Notes: a model not told the origin generated them from the letters alone. Shown: positions 10,059-18,914, counted from the first letter of the stretch. The stretch is 64,000 bases of DNA from Minisyncoccota bacterium (GCA_028713005.1 JAQTPC010000003.1:13022-77021), one strand, 5' to 3'. A program made the numbers and translations.

Positions 10059-10326
10059 GGTTAAGTTGACCCTCGGGGATTGAGTTCTTACCCCTCGGAG
10101 ACGCGACGAATCGCTCCTTAAAACATCCTATTCGATACGATTGCACCGCAATCGGTTCCTCCTTCGACAATGTGAGGGTCCTTGCCTCCACCGCCCAACG
10201 GAAGGGCGTCGTCATCATTGCATGGATGTAAATACTTGTCCCTTTGTGTCGCTGGCTTTCTCCTTGCCAGACACAAAGGGACACCGCCCGCTTTAGTGCC
10301 ATCTCTTTTGAGAGGCACTTTTTTAT
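10059..10326 (+). ncRNA. Structured non-coding RNA of unknown class (~268 nt) with its own promoter and intrinsic terminator, antisense to flanking genes
   Basis: No plausible CDS; perfect 13-bp hairpin gtccctttgtgtc/gacacaaagggac (10238-10283), several shorter hairpins, terminator at 3' end; conserved motifs of RNase P, SRP, tmRNA or 6S could not be recognised by eye. Confidence 0.4.
10296..10326 (+). terminator. Intrinsic terminator (gtgcc-a-tctc tttt gaga-g-ggcac + T6)
   Basis: 9-bp GC-rich stem with one mismatch followed by TTTTTTATTT. Confidence 0.6.
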
Positions 10327-10353
10327 TTACTTGAAATACACCCTCTACGCAAT

Positions 10354-11625
10354 CTATTTTTTGCCAGTATGAGCTGTTGCACCACTCACCTTTCGAAGCG
10401 TCTCGTCGATTTTTTTAGCGATCATTTTAAAATCTTTCTCTTTTCTTCCCCGAGTAGTCTCTGCTGCTGTGCCAATACGAATACCCGATGGGTCTGCAGG
10501 CGGACGAACATCAAATGGAATAGCATTTTTATTTACGATGATACCTGATTTTTCGAGAGCATCGCTTGCATCTTTTCCTGAAACACCACCTGCTCCCTTT
10601 TCATTCTTCTTGCCATCATTCCATGTATCGATGAGGATAAGGTGCGAGTCGGTGCCTCCGGAGATGAGTCTCCATCCACGAGCATGAAGCTCCGTGGCGA
10701 GAACAGTCGCATTCTTTACTACTTGATCAGCGTATTTTTTAAAGTTTAGACTTGAAGCTTCCTTGAGAGCAACTGCAACTGCGGCGATCTGGTTCTCATG
10801 TGGACCACCCTGAAGACCTGGGAATACTGCACGATCAATCTTTTTATCGAGCTCGCGAGCATCGCGCTTTACAAAAATGAGAGCTGAGCGTGGACCACGA
10901 AGTGTCTTGTGTGTAGTCGTTGTGACGATGTCTGCATACGGAAATGGCGCTGGATAAGCTCCACCAGCAACGAGACCGGCGATATGTGACATATCAACCA
11001 TAAGGAGTGCCTCAGCTGCATCAGCGATCTCGCGCATCATAGCCCAGTCGATACGACGTGGGTATGCAGTAAATCCAGCCACGATAATGGCGGGCTTTTC
11101 TTTGATGGCCAACTCACGAAGTAGATCGTAATTGATCATCTCAGTGGTCGCATCCAGACCATATGGCACTTGTATCCAAAATTTACCAGTCGCTGAAACT
11201 TTGTGTCCGTGAGTGAGGTGACCTCCATGATCGAGAGACATACCCATGATCTTTGAAGGAACGAGGACCTCAGCATTGTCTGCACCAGGCAAAACTATCT
11301 TCTTTGGAGGAATGAGTGCTGTATAGACAGCTAGATTTGCAGGTGAACCAGAGAGAGCTTGTACATTAACGTGCCACTCAGTTGGGTCGAGTTTAAAAAG
11401 CTTGAGGGCGCGCTCGATACAGACAGATTCGATCTTATCAACTATTTCATTGCCACCATAGTAACGTTTGCCAGGGTACCCTTCTGCATATTTATTAGTC
11501 AGTTCTGAACCCAATGCTTCGAGCACGTCTTTTGAAACGTAGTTCTCTGAGGCGATGAGATTGACAACTTTCTTTTGACGTTTTTTTTCTGTCTCTATGA
11601 GTTTTTTTATTTGAGTGTCTTTCAT
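10354..11625 (-). CDS. glyA: Serine hydroxymethyltransferase
   Basis: 423 aa; SHMT hallmark N-terminus (ASENYVSKDVLEALGSELTNKYAEGYPGKRYYGG), PLP-lysine region. Confidence 0.95.
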   Translation of the reverse strand: MKDTQIKKLIETEKKRQKKVVNLIASENYVSKDVLEALGSELTNKYAEGYPGKRYYGGNEIVDKIESVCIERALKLFKLDPTEWHVNVQALSGSPANLAVYTALIPPKKIVLPGADNAEVLVPSKIMGMSLDHGGHLTHGHKVSATGKFWIQVPYGLDATTEMINYDLLRELAIKEKPAIIVAGFTAYPRRIDWAMMREIADAAEALLMVDMSHIAGLVAGGAYPAPFPYADIVTTTTHKTLRGPRSALIFVKRDARELDKKIDRAVFPGLQGGPHENQIAAVAVALKEASSLNFKKYADQVVKNATVLATELHARGWRLISGGTDSHLILIDTWNDGKKNEKGAGGVSGKDASDALEKSGIIVNKNAIPFDVRPPADPSGIRIGTAAETTRGRKEKDFKMIAKKIDETLRKVSGATAHTGKK

Positions 11626-11710
11626 GCATAGAATATACCATGCAGATATATGAAAAAGAAAATGGAGACAGGTACAAGATTATATGTTGAAAAATTAACA
11701 CCCGTACACA

Positions 11711-11751
11711 GCTAATAAAAAGGTCCGGCGCGCTGTTTTTCGCGTCGGACC
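11711..11751 (-). terminator. Intrinsic terminator on minus strand (11-bp stem ggtccgGcgcg/cgcgTcggacc + U-tract) downstream of tmk and upstream of glyA
   Basis: GC-rich hairpin followed (minus strand) by TTTTTATTAG. Confidence 0.6.
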
Positions 11752-11804
11752 TAGGGGCCCACATTCATCGGAGGAACGACTGCAGTGGGAAATTAATAGA
11801 ACTT

Positions 11805-11833
11805 GTACTCTAAAAGTATACGCCTCTTATTGC
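11805..11833 (-). promoter_or_regulatory. Sigma70-like promoter on minus strand (TTGACA-17-TATACT) located between tmk stop and the terminator
   Basis: rc of 11828-11833 = TTGACA; rc of 11805-11810 = TATACT; 17-nt spacer. Confidence 0.45.
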
Positions 11834-11859
11834 TATATGTCAATACCATATTTCTTACC

Positions 11860-12501
11860 CTATTTAATACCCAACTGTTGCCTCATTTGAATGAGAAAAT
11901 CTTTCTTCACTGTTTCGAGAGGTCGGTTAGCATCGATGATGATACATGGTGTGCCGAGAGCTTTTACTTTCTCAAAGAATTTCAAATAGCCTTTGCGAAC
12001 ATTCTGATGAAAAGTGATTTCTCTATCATCGAAGTGGTCGTACCCAATATCAAAAGACTGATTGCGTCCATGCGCTCGTTTCAATCCTTCTTCAGGATCA
12101 ACATCAACAAAGACATATATATCCGGAGTGACCATGAGCTTACTCCTCATGCTCCAAAAGAGATCTTCGAGGAGGCTCGACTGGCTTGATATCTGATATG
12201 CATATGATGAGGCGTCAAAACGATCAGCGATAACCGGCACCCCTTTCTTGAGGCTTGGAATGATAACATTTGCCACATTGTCGAAACGCGCCGCGAACAT
12301 GAGGCAGAGAGTCGTTTCTGGTGGTGCATCTTTGGCCAGAGGATTTTTGATGGCTGCTGTACGGATGAGCTCAGCGTAGGGCGAACCACCTGGCTCACGA
12401 GTCGTCATGATCAGATCACCCAAGCTTTCTTTGAGTATACGGATAAGGGTAGATTTTCCTGAACCTTCCCCTCCCTCTATGACGATAAATTGTGGTTTCA
12501 T
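11860..12501 (-). CDS. tmk: Thymidylate kinase (dTMP kinase)
   Basis: 213 aa; P-loop FIVIEGGEGSGKST, DRF/DR motif (IADRFDASSYAYQ). Confidence 0.9.
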   Translation of the reverse strand: MKPQFIVIEGGEGSGKSTLIRILKESLGDLIMTTREPGGSPYAELIRTAAIKNPLAKDAPPETTLCLMFAARFDNVANVIIPSLKKGVPVIADRFDASSYAYQISSQSSLLEDLFWSMRSKLMVTPDIYVFVDVDPEEGLKRAHGRNQSFDIGYDHFDDREITFHQNVRKGYLKFFEKVKALGTPCIIIDANRPLETVKKDFLIQMRQQLGIK

Positions 12502-12516
12502 TTCTGTATTTAAAAA

Positions 12517-12939
12517 TTATTTTCCCGTACTACCAAACCCCTTCTCACCTCTCGTACTATCACTTAATTCATCAACCTCAATCACATCCGGCACTTCGAC
12601 TTTCTGAATGAGCATCTGTGACACTTTGTGACCTGCTTCAAAAATATATTCGACATCACTGAGATTGATCATGCCAATCAACACTTCACCTCTATAGCCA
12701 GCATCAATCACTCCCCCGAGAAGTTTGATGCTGTGCTTGATAGCTATGCCGCTCTTGTCCCAAAAGAGTCCGACACATCCATGTGGAATCTCCATCGCTA
12801 TACCTGTTTTGATAGCGGCATGCTCGCCGGGCTTTATGACAGTTTTTTCCAGGACAAAAAAATCCATGCCTGCATCGCCTGGATGAGCATACGCAGGTAT
12901 CTTGGCGTCTGGATGGAGTTTTTTAAACTTAATTTGCAT
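12517..12939 (-). CDS. dut: dUTP diphosphatase (dUTPase)
   Basis: 140 aa; dUTPase motifs AGMDF, GVIDAGYRGEV, RGEKGFGSTG. Confidence 0.9.
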   Translation of the reverse strand: MQIKFKKLHPDAKIPAYAHPGDAGMDFFVLEKTVIKPGEHAAIKTGIAMEIPHGCVGLFWDKSGIAIKHSIKLLGGVIDAGYRGEVLIGMINLSDVEYIFEAGHKVSQMLIQKVEVPDVIEVDELSDSTRGEKGFGSTGK

Positions 12940-12954
12940 AAAATTTGACGCGCA

Positions 12955-13428
12955 TTATCTCTTGAACTGTTCTGTAGCCCCTTCAACCAAGTATACATCC
13001 TTGATGCCTGCCGCAATCATAGCGTCCCAACACGGCTTGCAACACCACCAATGACCCCAGTGATACAGATCAGCTCCCGTTATGTCGCCATACTTTTTTT
13101 GGGCGTCTTTTATCGCTTGCGGCTCAGCGTGCATATGAGATGAGGCACACCCAGGACATAGATAATATTTGGTGCCCGATTTTATATGAAATAATTTTCT
13201 GATACAAAATTTATTATGTAAGTTATGCATCCATTGCTTCCTCAGAAGGGACTGATTCGCCCCTACCCCGAGTATTTTTCCGTCTTTCACGATCACCGCG
13301 CCAGTTGGTTGCTTACTGTCTGTCGAATATTGGAACGTGATCTTCTTCGTCTCTGCCATGAAAGGATTCTCAATAGGCACATATATGAATTTTCTCCCTT
13401 CGGGGAGATATGGGTAGTGTTCATTCAT
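12955..13428 (-). CDS. Deoxycytidylate (dCMP) deaminase, CMP/dCMP-deaminase zinc-binding family
   Basis: 157 aa; HMHAE...PC..C zinc-binding motif (HMHAEPQAI, CKPCWDAM). Confidence 0.8.
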   Translation of the reverse strand: MNEHYPYLPEGRKFIYVPIENPFMAETKKITFQYSTDSKQPTGAVIVKDGKILGVGANQSLLRKQWMHNLHNKFCIRKLFHIKSGTKYYLCPGCASSHMHAEPQAIKDAQKKYGDITGADLYHWGHWWCCKPCWDAMIAAGIKDVYLVEGATEQFKR

Positions 13429-13455
13429 CTCTCGATTATATATAATAAAACCATT

Positions 13456-14316
13456 ATGACCAAATTCGATGAAATATATCAGGACATGGTGCGAAAGATA
13501 ATGCTAGAGGGCATAGATGAGATCAACAAGAGCAAACAAGCTGGCAGTGAAAGAGCGACCTATATTACTCGAGCGATTCCTGGTATGCACTTTACCACTG
13601 ATATTGAAAAAGATGGCTTCCCTCTCCTCACTCTCAGGAAAATCCCCGTAAAGGCACCTGTAGCCGAACAGGCATGGTTCATCATGGGGTCGAGAAAGCC
13701 AGAAGATTTTCTCCGCGAATACACAAAGATCTGGGATGCATTCACTAACCCTGGCGACGTCGTCACCGTTGCGTATGGATATCGCTGGCGCAAGCACTTT
13801 GGTCGTGATCAACTCAAACTCCTCATCGACCTTCTCCGAGCCGAGCCTGGTTCACGTCATGGGGTTGTCGTCACGTGGGATCCTGCCCAAGACGGACTAT
13901 CTCTCCAAAAGAAAAAGAATGTTCCTTGCCCCTATACATTCACGGTAAATATTATTGGCGGTCGTTTGCATCTCCATAATATTGTACGTTCAAATGATGT
14001 TATCCTCGGTGTTCCATTCGATGTATTTGGTTTTGCACTTCTCCAATGCCTTCTCGCTCAAGAGCTTGGTGTTCGACCAGGAATATATAGCCACTCTATA
14101 TCAAATGCTCATATATATGACACTCATTTTGAAGCTGCAAAAACTCTGATGGAGAGAAAAAATGAACATCAAAAGATCATCCTTGAGTTACCACAAAATT
14201 CGTTCAAAGAGATAGAAAATAGAAATCGTGGAGTTGTTGATGCAATCATTGAAAATATTGACAAGCAGTATCACCCATCAGAAGCCATTACGGGCATCAA
14301 AATCGTCGCCTACTAA
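13456..14316 (+). CDS. thyA: Thymidylate synthase ThyA-family protein (nucleophile motif PCP instead of canonical PCH)
   Basis: 287 aa from ATG 13456 (table ORF 13225 is an N-terminal over-extension); ThyA motif block VPCPYTFTVN...RSNDVILGVPFDVFGFALLQCLLAQ. Confidence 0.75.
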   Translation: MTKFDEIYQDMVRKIMLEGIDEINKSKQAGSERATYITRAIPGMHFTTDIEKDGFPLLTLRKIPVKAPVAEQAWFIMGSRKPEDFLREYTKIWDAFTNPGDVVTVAYGYRWRKHFGRDQLKLLIDLLRAEPGSRHGVVVTWDPAQDGLSLQKKKNVPCPYTFTVNIIGGRLHLHNIVRSNDVILGVPFDVFGFALLQCLLAQELGVRPGIYSHSISNAHIYDTHFEAAKTLMERKNEHQKIILELPQNSFKEIENRNRGVVDAIIENIDKQYHPSEAITGIKIVAY

Positions 14317-14364
14317 TTCGTCTCCGATTATCTTATAATTCAGAGATACTTTTAACTTACCTTC

Positions 14365-14997
14365 ATGTCCATCATCACCAAAAAAGATATCATCGACCGC
14401 ATCCGCTCTGGCTCTCTCGCCTTCAAGCCGAACCTCGACCAATTCCAGCTCCAAGAGCACTCAGCTGACTTACGCCTCGGTTTTACCTTCATGATCCCCA
14501 AGATGTGGCATATGACGCCCGGTGGACGCGAATCGCTCGATATCACCCATTTCGACAAGCGTAATCACGAGTATTTTGAAGTCGTCGAGCTCGAGCAAGG
14601 TCAACATTTTGACCTCTTACCACAGGAGTACATCCTCGTCTCAACGCTCGAAGCGATCAAGATGCCTCGTGACCTCATGGGTATCCTCTATCCTCGCTCA
14701 TCAACTAACCGCAAAGGACTTTCGCTCGACCTCACCGGTATCATCGATGCAGGCTATGATGGCCAACTCATCCTCCCTATCCGCAATAATACTCGTTCAC
14801 AAGCGATCAGACTCTTCCCTGGTGAACGTCTCTGTCAGGTCGTCTTTGAAGAACTCAAAACAGAAGTAGAACCACGTCAGAGCAAGTATCATCAAAAAGA
14901 CATCATTGAAGGAGTGCAGATGGAGAAGAAGGATGAAGTTGATCTCCTCACCAAAGGCGATATTAAAACGCTTAAGGAAAAGTACAAAGTAGAATAA
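14365..14997 (+). CDS. dcd: dCTP deaminase
   Basis: 210 aa; Dcd N-terminus (DIIDRIRSGSLAFKP), dUTPase-like fold motif GIIDAGYDGQLILPI. Confidence 0.8.
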   Translation: MSIITKKDIIDRIRSGSLAFKPNLDQFQLQEHSADLRLGFTFMIPKMWHMTPGGRESLDITHFDKRNHEYFEVVELEQGQHFDLLPQEYILVSTLEAIKMPRDLMGILYPRSSTNRKGLSLDLTGIIDAGYDGQLILPIRNNTRSQAIRLFPGERLCQVVFEELKTEVEPRQSKYHQKDIIEGVQMEKKDEVDLLTKGDIKTLKEKYKVE

Positions 14998-15008
14998 TTT
15001 TAAATACA

Positions 15009-15530
15009 ATGAAGACTTTCATCATCGCCGCAATGACCGCAGATGGGTATATCGCAAAAGATGCTCAGCATTCCCCTTTCAACTGGACGAGTAAGGCTGA
15101 TAAAAAACGCTTCATCGAAACAACAAAAAAGGCTGGCGTCATCGTCGTCGGTTCGAGCACCTATAAGACGTTTCCTGGAGCTCTCAAAGAGCGCCTCAAT
15201 ATCGTCTACAGTCGCTCACAGAGCTTTGATGGAGCAGAAACGACCCAAGATGAGCCTGCTGAGCTATTGAAGAAACTCGAAGCTCGTGGCTTCAAAGAAG
15301 TAGCTATTTGTGGGGGCGAAGCCATCTACACGATGTTTATGAAGGCCAAGGTCGTTGATCGCCTCTATCTCACGGTTGAACCAATCATTTTTGGTAAAGG
15401 GGTAAAACTTTTTAATGATGATATGCTCTTTCATCTCAAGCTGGTAAGTTCTGCAGAATCTAGTAGTGGCGCCCTCCTGCTCGAGTATACGGTGGACTAT
15501 TCGGGGAATCCTAAAACTCAGACCCACTAA
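15009..15530 (+). CDS. Dihydrofolate reductase family protein (RibD C-terminal / DHFR-like)
   Basis: 173 aa; MKTFIIAAMTADGYIA...VIVVGSSTYKTF pattern of bacterial DHFR-like reductases. Confidence 0.7.
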   Translation: MKTFIIAAMTADGYIAKDAQHSPFNWTSKADKKRFIETTKKAGVIVVGSSTYKTFPGALKERLNIVYSRSQSFDGAETTQDEPAELLKKLEARGFKEVAICGGEAIYTMFMKAKVVDRLYLTVEPIIFGKGVKLFNDDMLFHLKLVSSAESSSGALLLEYTVDYSGNPKTQTH

Positions 15531-15555
15531 AAAATCGAAGTATTAATTATACATA

Positions 15556-15590
15556 ATAAAAAACACCGACTTTCGCCGGTGTTTTTTATT
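15556..15590. terminator. Bidirectional intrinsic terminator between DHFR (+) and rplK (-)
   Basis: Hairpin acaccg...cggtgt flanked by A-tract upstream and T-tract downstream. Confidence 0.6.
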
Positions 15591-15599
15591 TCTAAAAAT

Positions 15600-16022
15600 T
15601 TATTTTACATCCACACCCATCTGACGTGCTGTACCAGCAACTGTCTTCATAGCAGCTTCGATACTACCTGCACTGAGGTCTGGCATTTTCTTTTCTGCGA
15701 TTTCCTTAACCTGAGCCTTGGTGAGTGTACCAATCTTTGCAGTATTTGGCTTACCTGAACCCTTCTCTTTCTTGAGAGCCTTCAAGATGAGACTTGAAGT
15801 AGGAGGAGTCTTGAGGACGAAATCGTAGGTACGATCTTCGTACACAGTGATGACAACTGGGATCATGTCGCCAATCATACCTTTTGTAGCATCGTTGAAC
15901 TTCTTTGTGAAATCACCAATGTTAACACCGGCCTGACCGAGAGTAGGACCGAGTGGTGGAGCTGGGGTTGCTTTACCAGCAGGAGCGATAACCTTTACTT
16001 TCTTTACAATTTTTTTAGCCAT
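15600..16022 (-). CDS. rplK: 50S ribosomal protein L11
   Basis: 140 aa; conserved L11 N-terminus ([26 protein letters not shown]). Confidence 0.95.
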   Translation of the reverse strand: MAKKIVKKVKVIAPAGKATPAPPLGPTLGQAGVNIGDFTKKFNDATKGMIGDMIPVVITVYEDRTYDFVLKTPPTSSLILKALKKEKGSGKPNTAKIGTLTKAQVKEIAEKKMPDLSAGSIEAAMKTVAGTARQMGVDVK

Positions 16023-16052
16023 AATCTTTATTTAGTGTATGTGGATAGTATA

Positions 16053-16598
16053 TTAAACCTTCTTAACTTGCAAGAAGTCGAGCTCGACAGGCGTCTCACG
16101 ACCGAACATCGATACGAGCACTTTGATCTTGCCGCGTTGCGTATCAACCTCAGCCACTTTGCCTTCAAAGTCCTTGAAAGGACCATCTGACACCTTGACC
16201 AAGTCGCCGATCGAGAGGTCGATCGTGTGCTCAGTGTCTGACGAAGACATGCGACTAAAGAGTGAAGCTACTTCCTTTGGGTCGAGAGGAACTGGGTTGA
16301 CTCCTGAACCAACGAAACCAGTCACGCGAGGAGTGTTACGAACGACATACCATGAATCATCGTTAACGATCATCTCAACAAGGACATATCCAGGATAGAT
16401 CTTTTCCTCTTCTTCAACGCGCTTATTTGCCTTAACTTTGATCTTCTTTTCAGTTGGAACAATCACGGCAAAAATCTTGTCCTCCATACCGAGAGACTCG
16501 ATGCGCTGCTTCAAGTTGCGGGCAACTGCGTTTTCATAGCCTGCGTACGTATGTATCGCATACCATGCTCGTTCCCCTGTTGTAAGTTGTTTCGACAT
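16053..16598 (-). CDS. nusG: Transcription termination/antitermination factor NusG
   Basis: 181 aa; NGN domain start (WYAIHTYAGYEN) and KOW motif (GDLVKVSDGPFKDFEGKV). Confidence 0.9.
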   Translation of the reverse strand: MSKQLTTGERAWYAIHTYAGYENAVARNLKQRIESLGMEDKIFAVIVPTEKKIKVKANKRVEEEEKIYPGYVLVEMIVNDDSWYVVRNTPRVTGFVGSGVNPVPLDPKEVASLFSRMSSSDTEHTIDLSIGDLVKVSDGPFKDFEGKVAEVDTQRGKIKVLVSMFGRETPVELDFLQVKKV

Positions 16599-16641
16599 AA
16601 GTTAAATAAAATTAAAAGTTAAAAATAAAAAGGCAAAAGTA

Positions 16642-16818
16642 TTAGAACAAGAGTGTGAGGAGCTTTGAGAAGACAAAATCACCGACACCAAGAATAAGAG
16701 CTGTGATAGCTGAGACCGCAATGACAAGAGCGGTGAATCGGAGTGTTTGCGCACGACTCGGCCACGTAACATGAGTCAATTCGGTACGGGTTTGTTTGAT
16801 GTATTCGGTGATTTTCAT
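16642..16818 (-). CDS. secE: Preprotein translocase subunit SecE (start trimmed to MKITEY)
   Basis: Single C-terminal TM and conserved secE-nusG-rplK synteny; table ORF over-extended at N-terminus. Confidence 0.75.
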   Translation of the reverse strand: MKITEYIKQTRTELTHVTWPSRAQTLRFTALVIAVSAITALILGVGDFVFSKLLTLLF

Positions 16819-16956
16819 ATCTTTGTGTATATAGATTCTATATCTTCTACTAAAAAACCCCTCGGGGGGATTACTTGTACACAATATACCTTTTAAGGGT
16901 CTAAGTCAAGCTACTCTTCCTTGTCATGAATAGGGTTGAATGCCACCCAAATACCA

Positions 16957-16986
16957 TTGACAAATATAGATAAAGTGGTATATAAT
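16957..16986 (+). promoter_or_regulatory. Sigma70-like promoter (TTGACA-18-TATAAT) for the 17016 gene
   Basis: TTGACA 16957-16962, TATAAT 16981-16986; SD AAGGAG 17004-17009; GTG start 17016. Confidence 0.55.
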
Positions 16987-17015
16987 TCGGACCAAACCAA
17001 CCAAAGGAGTTCCTT

Positions 17016-18059
17016 GTGAATAAAAAACTAACCAAAAAAGCTAAGCCTGCTGGCAAAAAAGCAGTTAAGGCAGTTAAGTCGAAGAAAGTGGTTATTCGCG
17101 TAGCAAAAGCCCCAAAAGCTAATCGTGCGCGTGTAATCAAAAAAACTGCCCCGACCAAGAAAGTGGCTACCCGTGGACAGCGAGTGCGGACAATAAGGCT
17201 CACTCGCGTGCACGTGGCTCAAACAGCTAATTCCCCCGGGGGAGAAGTGTTCATTGCTGAAGAGTTCATCCGTCCAACAGCACCGAGTGGTGAAAATGGA
17301 CATCGCACAGAACCTGTGCACGAAAATGGGAACGTGGTCACTTCACCACAAATTGAAGTGATACCGGAACCTGTTGTTGAAGCCGTGAGCACTGAAAGCC
17401 TGCCCCTGATCGTTGAACCAAAGATGGGCACGAGCCAGGTCGAGGTAATTTACCGCAACAATATCCGTTTTGAGCATTACATACCCGAAGAAAAAAAGTT
17501 CAAATACCCCCTGGTCATACAACCAGAGCGGTCTCCGGGTGATTGGCTGTTCAAAGAATTCTGCACGAAACTCATGGAGCACGGACACGAGTGCTATGTT
17601 TCCACCGTGCGCGAACACATAAACAACATCAGGGTTCATGATTCATCTGGGATGATTCCAGACAGCTACGACGAAGATCTTGGCAAATTTGTCAGATCGC
17701 TCGACACACCAGTAGTGCTCATCGGTTTCGCCGGTGGAAGCACTACGGCGAACAGGATCGCGCATAGCAACAAGTCGAACATAGCAGGATATGTTTCGCT
17801 CATGGGTAACCTGATTGACTGGTCTCGTGACAGACTTATACACCCGCTACCCTGTCGTAGTCTGACACTTGCACAGCGTAATGGCCTAACACCTCGCTGG
17901 ATCCACAAATGGATCTGTAGTCGGCTTGGGTTTAGTGATCTCATACTTATTCGTGACAATCGAGGGTTCATTCGTGAACGTGGTCGAGTTCGTCGCCTGG
18001 TCAGTGTGCTCTTGGACTGGCTCGATCAAAATGCGTCGTATTTAAAACCGAAATCGTAA
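17016..18059 (+). CDS. Hypothetical protein: histone H1-like Lys/Ala-rich N-terminus plus C-terminal alpha/beta-hydrolase-like domain; GC-rich relative to neighbours
   Basis: 347 aa, GTG start with good SD; N-term KKAKPAGKKAVKAVKSKK repeats; own promoter and terminator; visibly higher GC. Confidence 0.6.
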   Translation: MNKKLTKKAKPAGKKAVKAVKSKKVVIRVAKAPKANRARVIKKTAPTKKVATRGQRVRTIRLTRVHVAQTANSPGGEVFIAEEFIRPTAPSGENGHRTEPVHENGNVVTSPQIEVIPEPVVEAVSTESLPLIVEPKMGTSQVEVIYRNNIRFEHYIPEEKKFKYPLVIQPERSPGDWLFKEFCTKLMEHGHECYVSTVREHINNIRVHDSSGMIPDSYDEDLGKFVRSLDTPVVLIGFAGGSTTANRIAHSNKSNIAGYVSLMGNLIDWSRDRLIHPLPCRSLTLAQRNGLTPRWIHKWICSRLGFSDLILIRDNRGFIRERGRVRRLVSVLLDWLDQNASYLKPKS

Positions 18060-18060
18060 C

Positions 18061-18103
18061 AAACAAAAACAGCCGGAGATTACTCCCCGGCTGTTCTTTT
18101 TTT
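18061..18103. terminator. Bidirectional intrinsic terminator between convergent genes (17016-18059 + and 18114-18914 -)
   Basis: Stem cagccgg/ccggctg with A-tract before and T9 after. Confidence 0.65.
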
Positions 18104-18113
18104 ACCAAAATAC

Positions 18114-18914
18114 TTACTGTATTTCGTACGTGACTGAAACTGAACTTGTAACCTTTTGCTGACCAGCAGGAATCTCTGGAGCAGCAGACGTTTTTGCATT
18201 GAAGGCATCGCCACCCATACCATACAACATTGGGCGCGCATAACCACCATCTTCTGAGAAGTTTATGATGCGCACAAGACGAACACCGAGTTGTTGTGCC
18301 AAAACATCAGCCTTTAACTTTGCATCAGCAATGGCCTTTGCACGAGCTTCTGCCTGGATAGTGTCTGGCTTATCAACTGCAAAACTAAGACCATTGATAT
18401 TTTCAACCTGTAGAGATCCGATAGAAGCAAAGAGTGCCCCCGCCTTGTCGAGATTACGAACCTTGACCGTTATCGTCTGGCTCACATCATATCCTGTTAG
18501 GACTGATTTACCGCCTGGACAATACGAAACTGTTCCATCCACTTTTGCAGCAGGACAGATAGCATTTTGGTACTCGTAGTGCGGATTGATAGAATAATTT
18601 GTAGTTTGGATATCCTTATCTGCTACCCCGCCATCACGAACTGCCTTAAGTGCAGCATTAATCTTTTCCGTAGCTTTTGACTGTGCTTCTGAAACTGTTT
18701 TTGAAGTTTGAGAAACACTAAATGAAAATGTCGCTACATCAGGAACAGCGTATGCATCGCCACTACCAGTGACCGAGATCGTATTTGTCGCCGGAACACC
18801 TGAACCAATATATGCGATAGATTTGAGCTGACCAACGGCGAGTGCGATCAAATATATACTGAGTACCGTTCCTGCAAGGATACCAACTTGCCATGCTCTT
18901 TTTTGTAGATTCAT
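18114..18914 (-). CDS. SIMPL/DUF541-family periplasmic protein (26 kDa periplasmic immunogenic protein-like)
   Basis: 266 aa; N-terminal TM/signal and DUF541-like architecture. Confidence 0.5.
   Translation of the reverse strand: MNLQKRAWQVGILAGTVLSIYLIALAVGQLKSIAYIGSGVPATNTISVTGSGDAYAVPDVATFSFSVSQTSKTVSEAQSKATEKINAALKAVRDGGVADKDIQTTNYSINPHYEYQNAICPAAKVDGTVSYCPGGKSVLTGYDVSQTITVKVRNLDKAGALFASIGSLQVENINGLSFAVDKPDTIQAEARAKAIADAKLKADVLAQQLGVRLVRIINFSEDGGYARPMLYGMGGDAFNAKTSAAPEIPAGQQKVTSSVSVTYEIQ

Noticed and set aside
10054-10318. Small minus-strand ORFs (82 aa, 66 aa) inside the argS-glyA gap
   Set aside because: They overlap each other, lack RBS, and lie in a region with strong RNA secondary structure plus plus-strand promoter and terminator; interpreted as ncRNA instead.
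10059-10326. Attempt to classify the orphan RNA as RNase P RNA, SRP RNA, tmRNA or a T-box leader
   Set aside because: Could not find P4 AGGAAAGUCCGGGC, the SRP domain IV GGAA-loop/AGCA motif, a tRNA-like 3' end, or the T-box AGGGUGGNACCGCG sequence by eye; left unclassified.
11640-11800. ZTP (pfl) or T-box riboswitch upstream of glyA
   Set aside because: The leader between promoter and terminator is only ~45 nt and lacks the GGGUCGUGACUGGCG / CCGGGGAGCG ZTP core or the T-box specifier/T-box sequence; reported only as a generic attenuator candidate.
13225-13455. N-terminal 77-aa extension of the thyA ORF in the ORF table
   Set aside because: The extension overlaps the convergent dCMP deaminase gene on the other strand and has no ThyA homology; the homologous protein starts at MTKFDEIY (ATG 13456).
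16901-17203. Minus-strand 100-aa ORF upstream of secE
   Set aside because: It overlaps the strong plus-strand promoter/RBS and the N-terminus of the 17016 gene; low-complexity; likely spurious.
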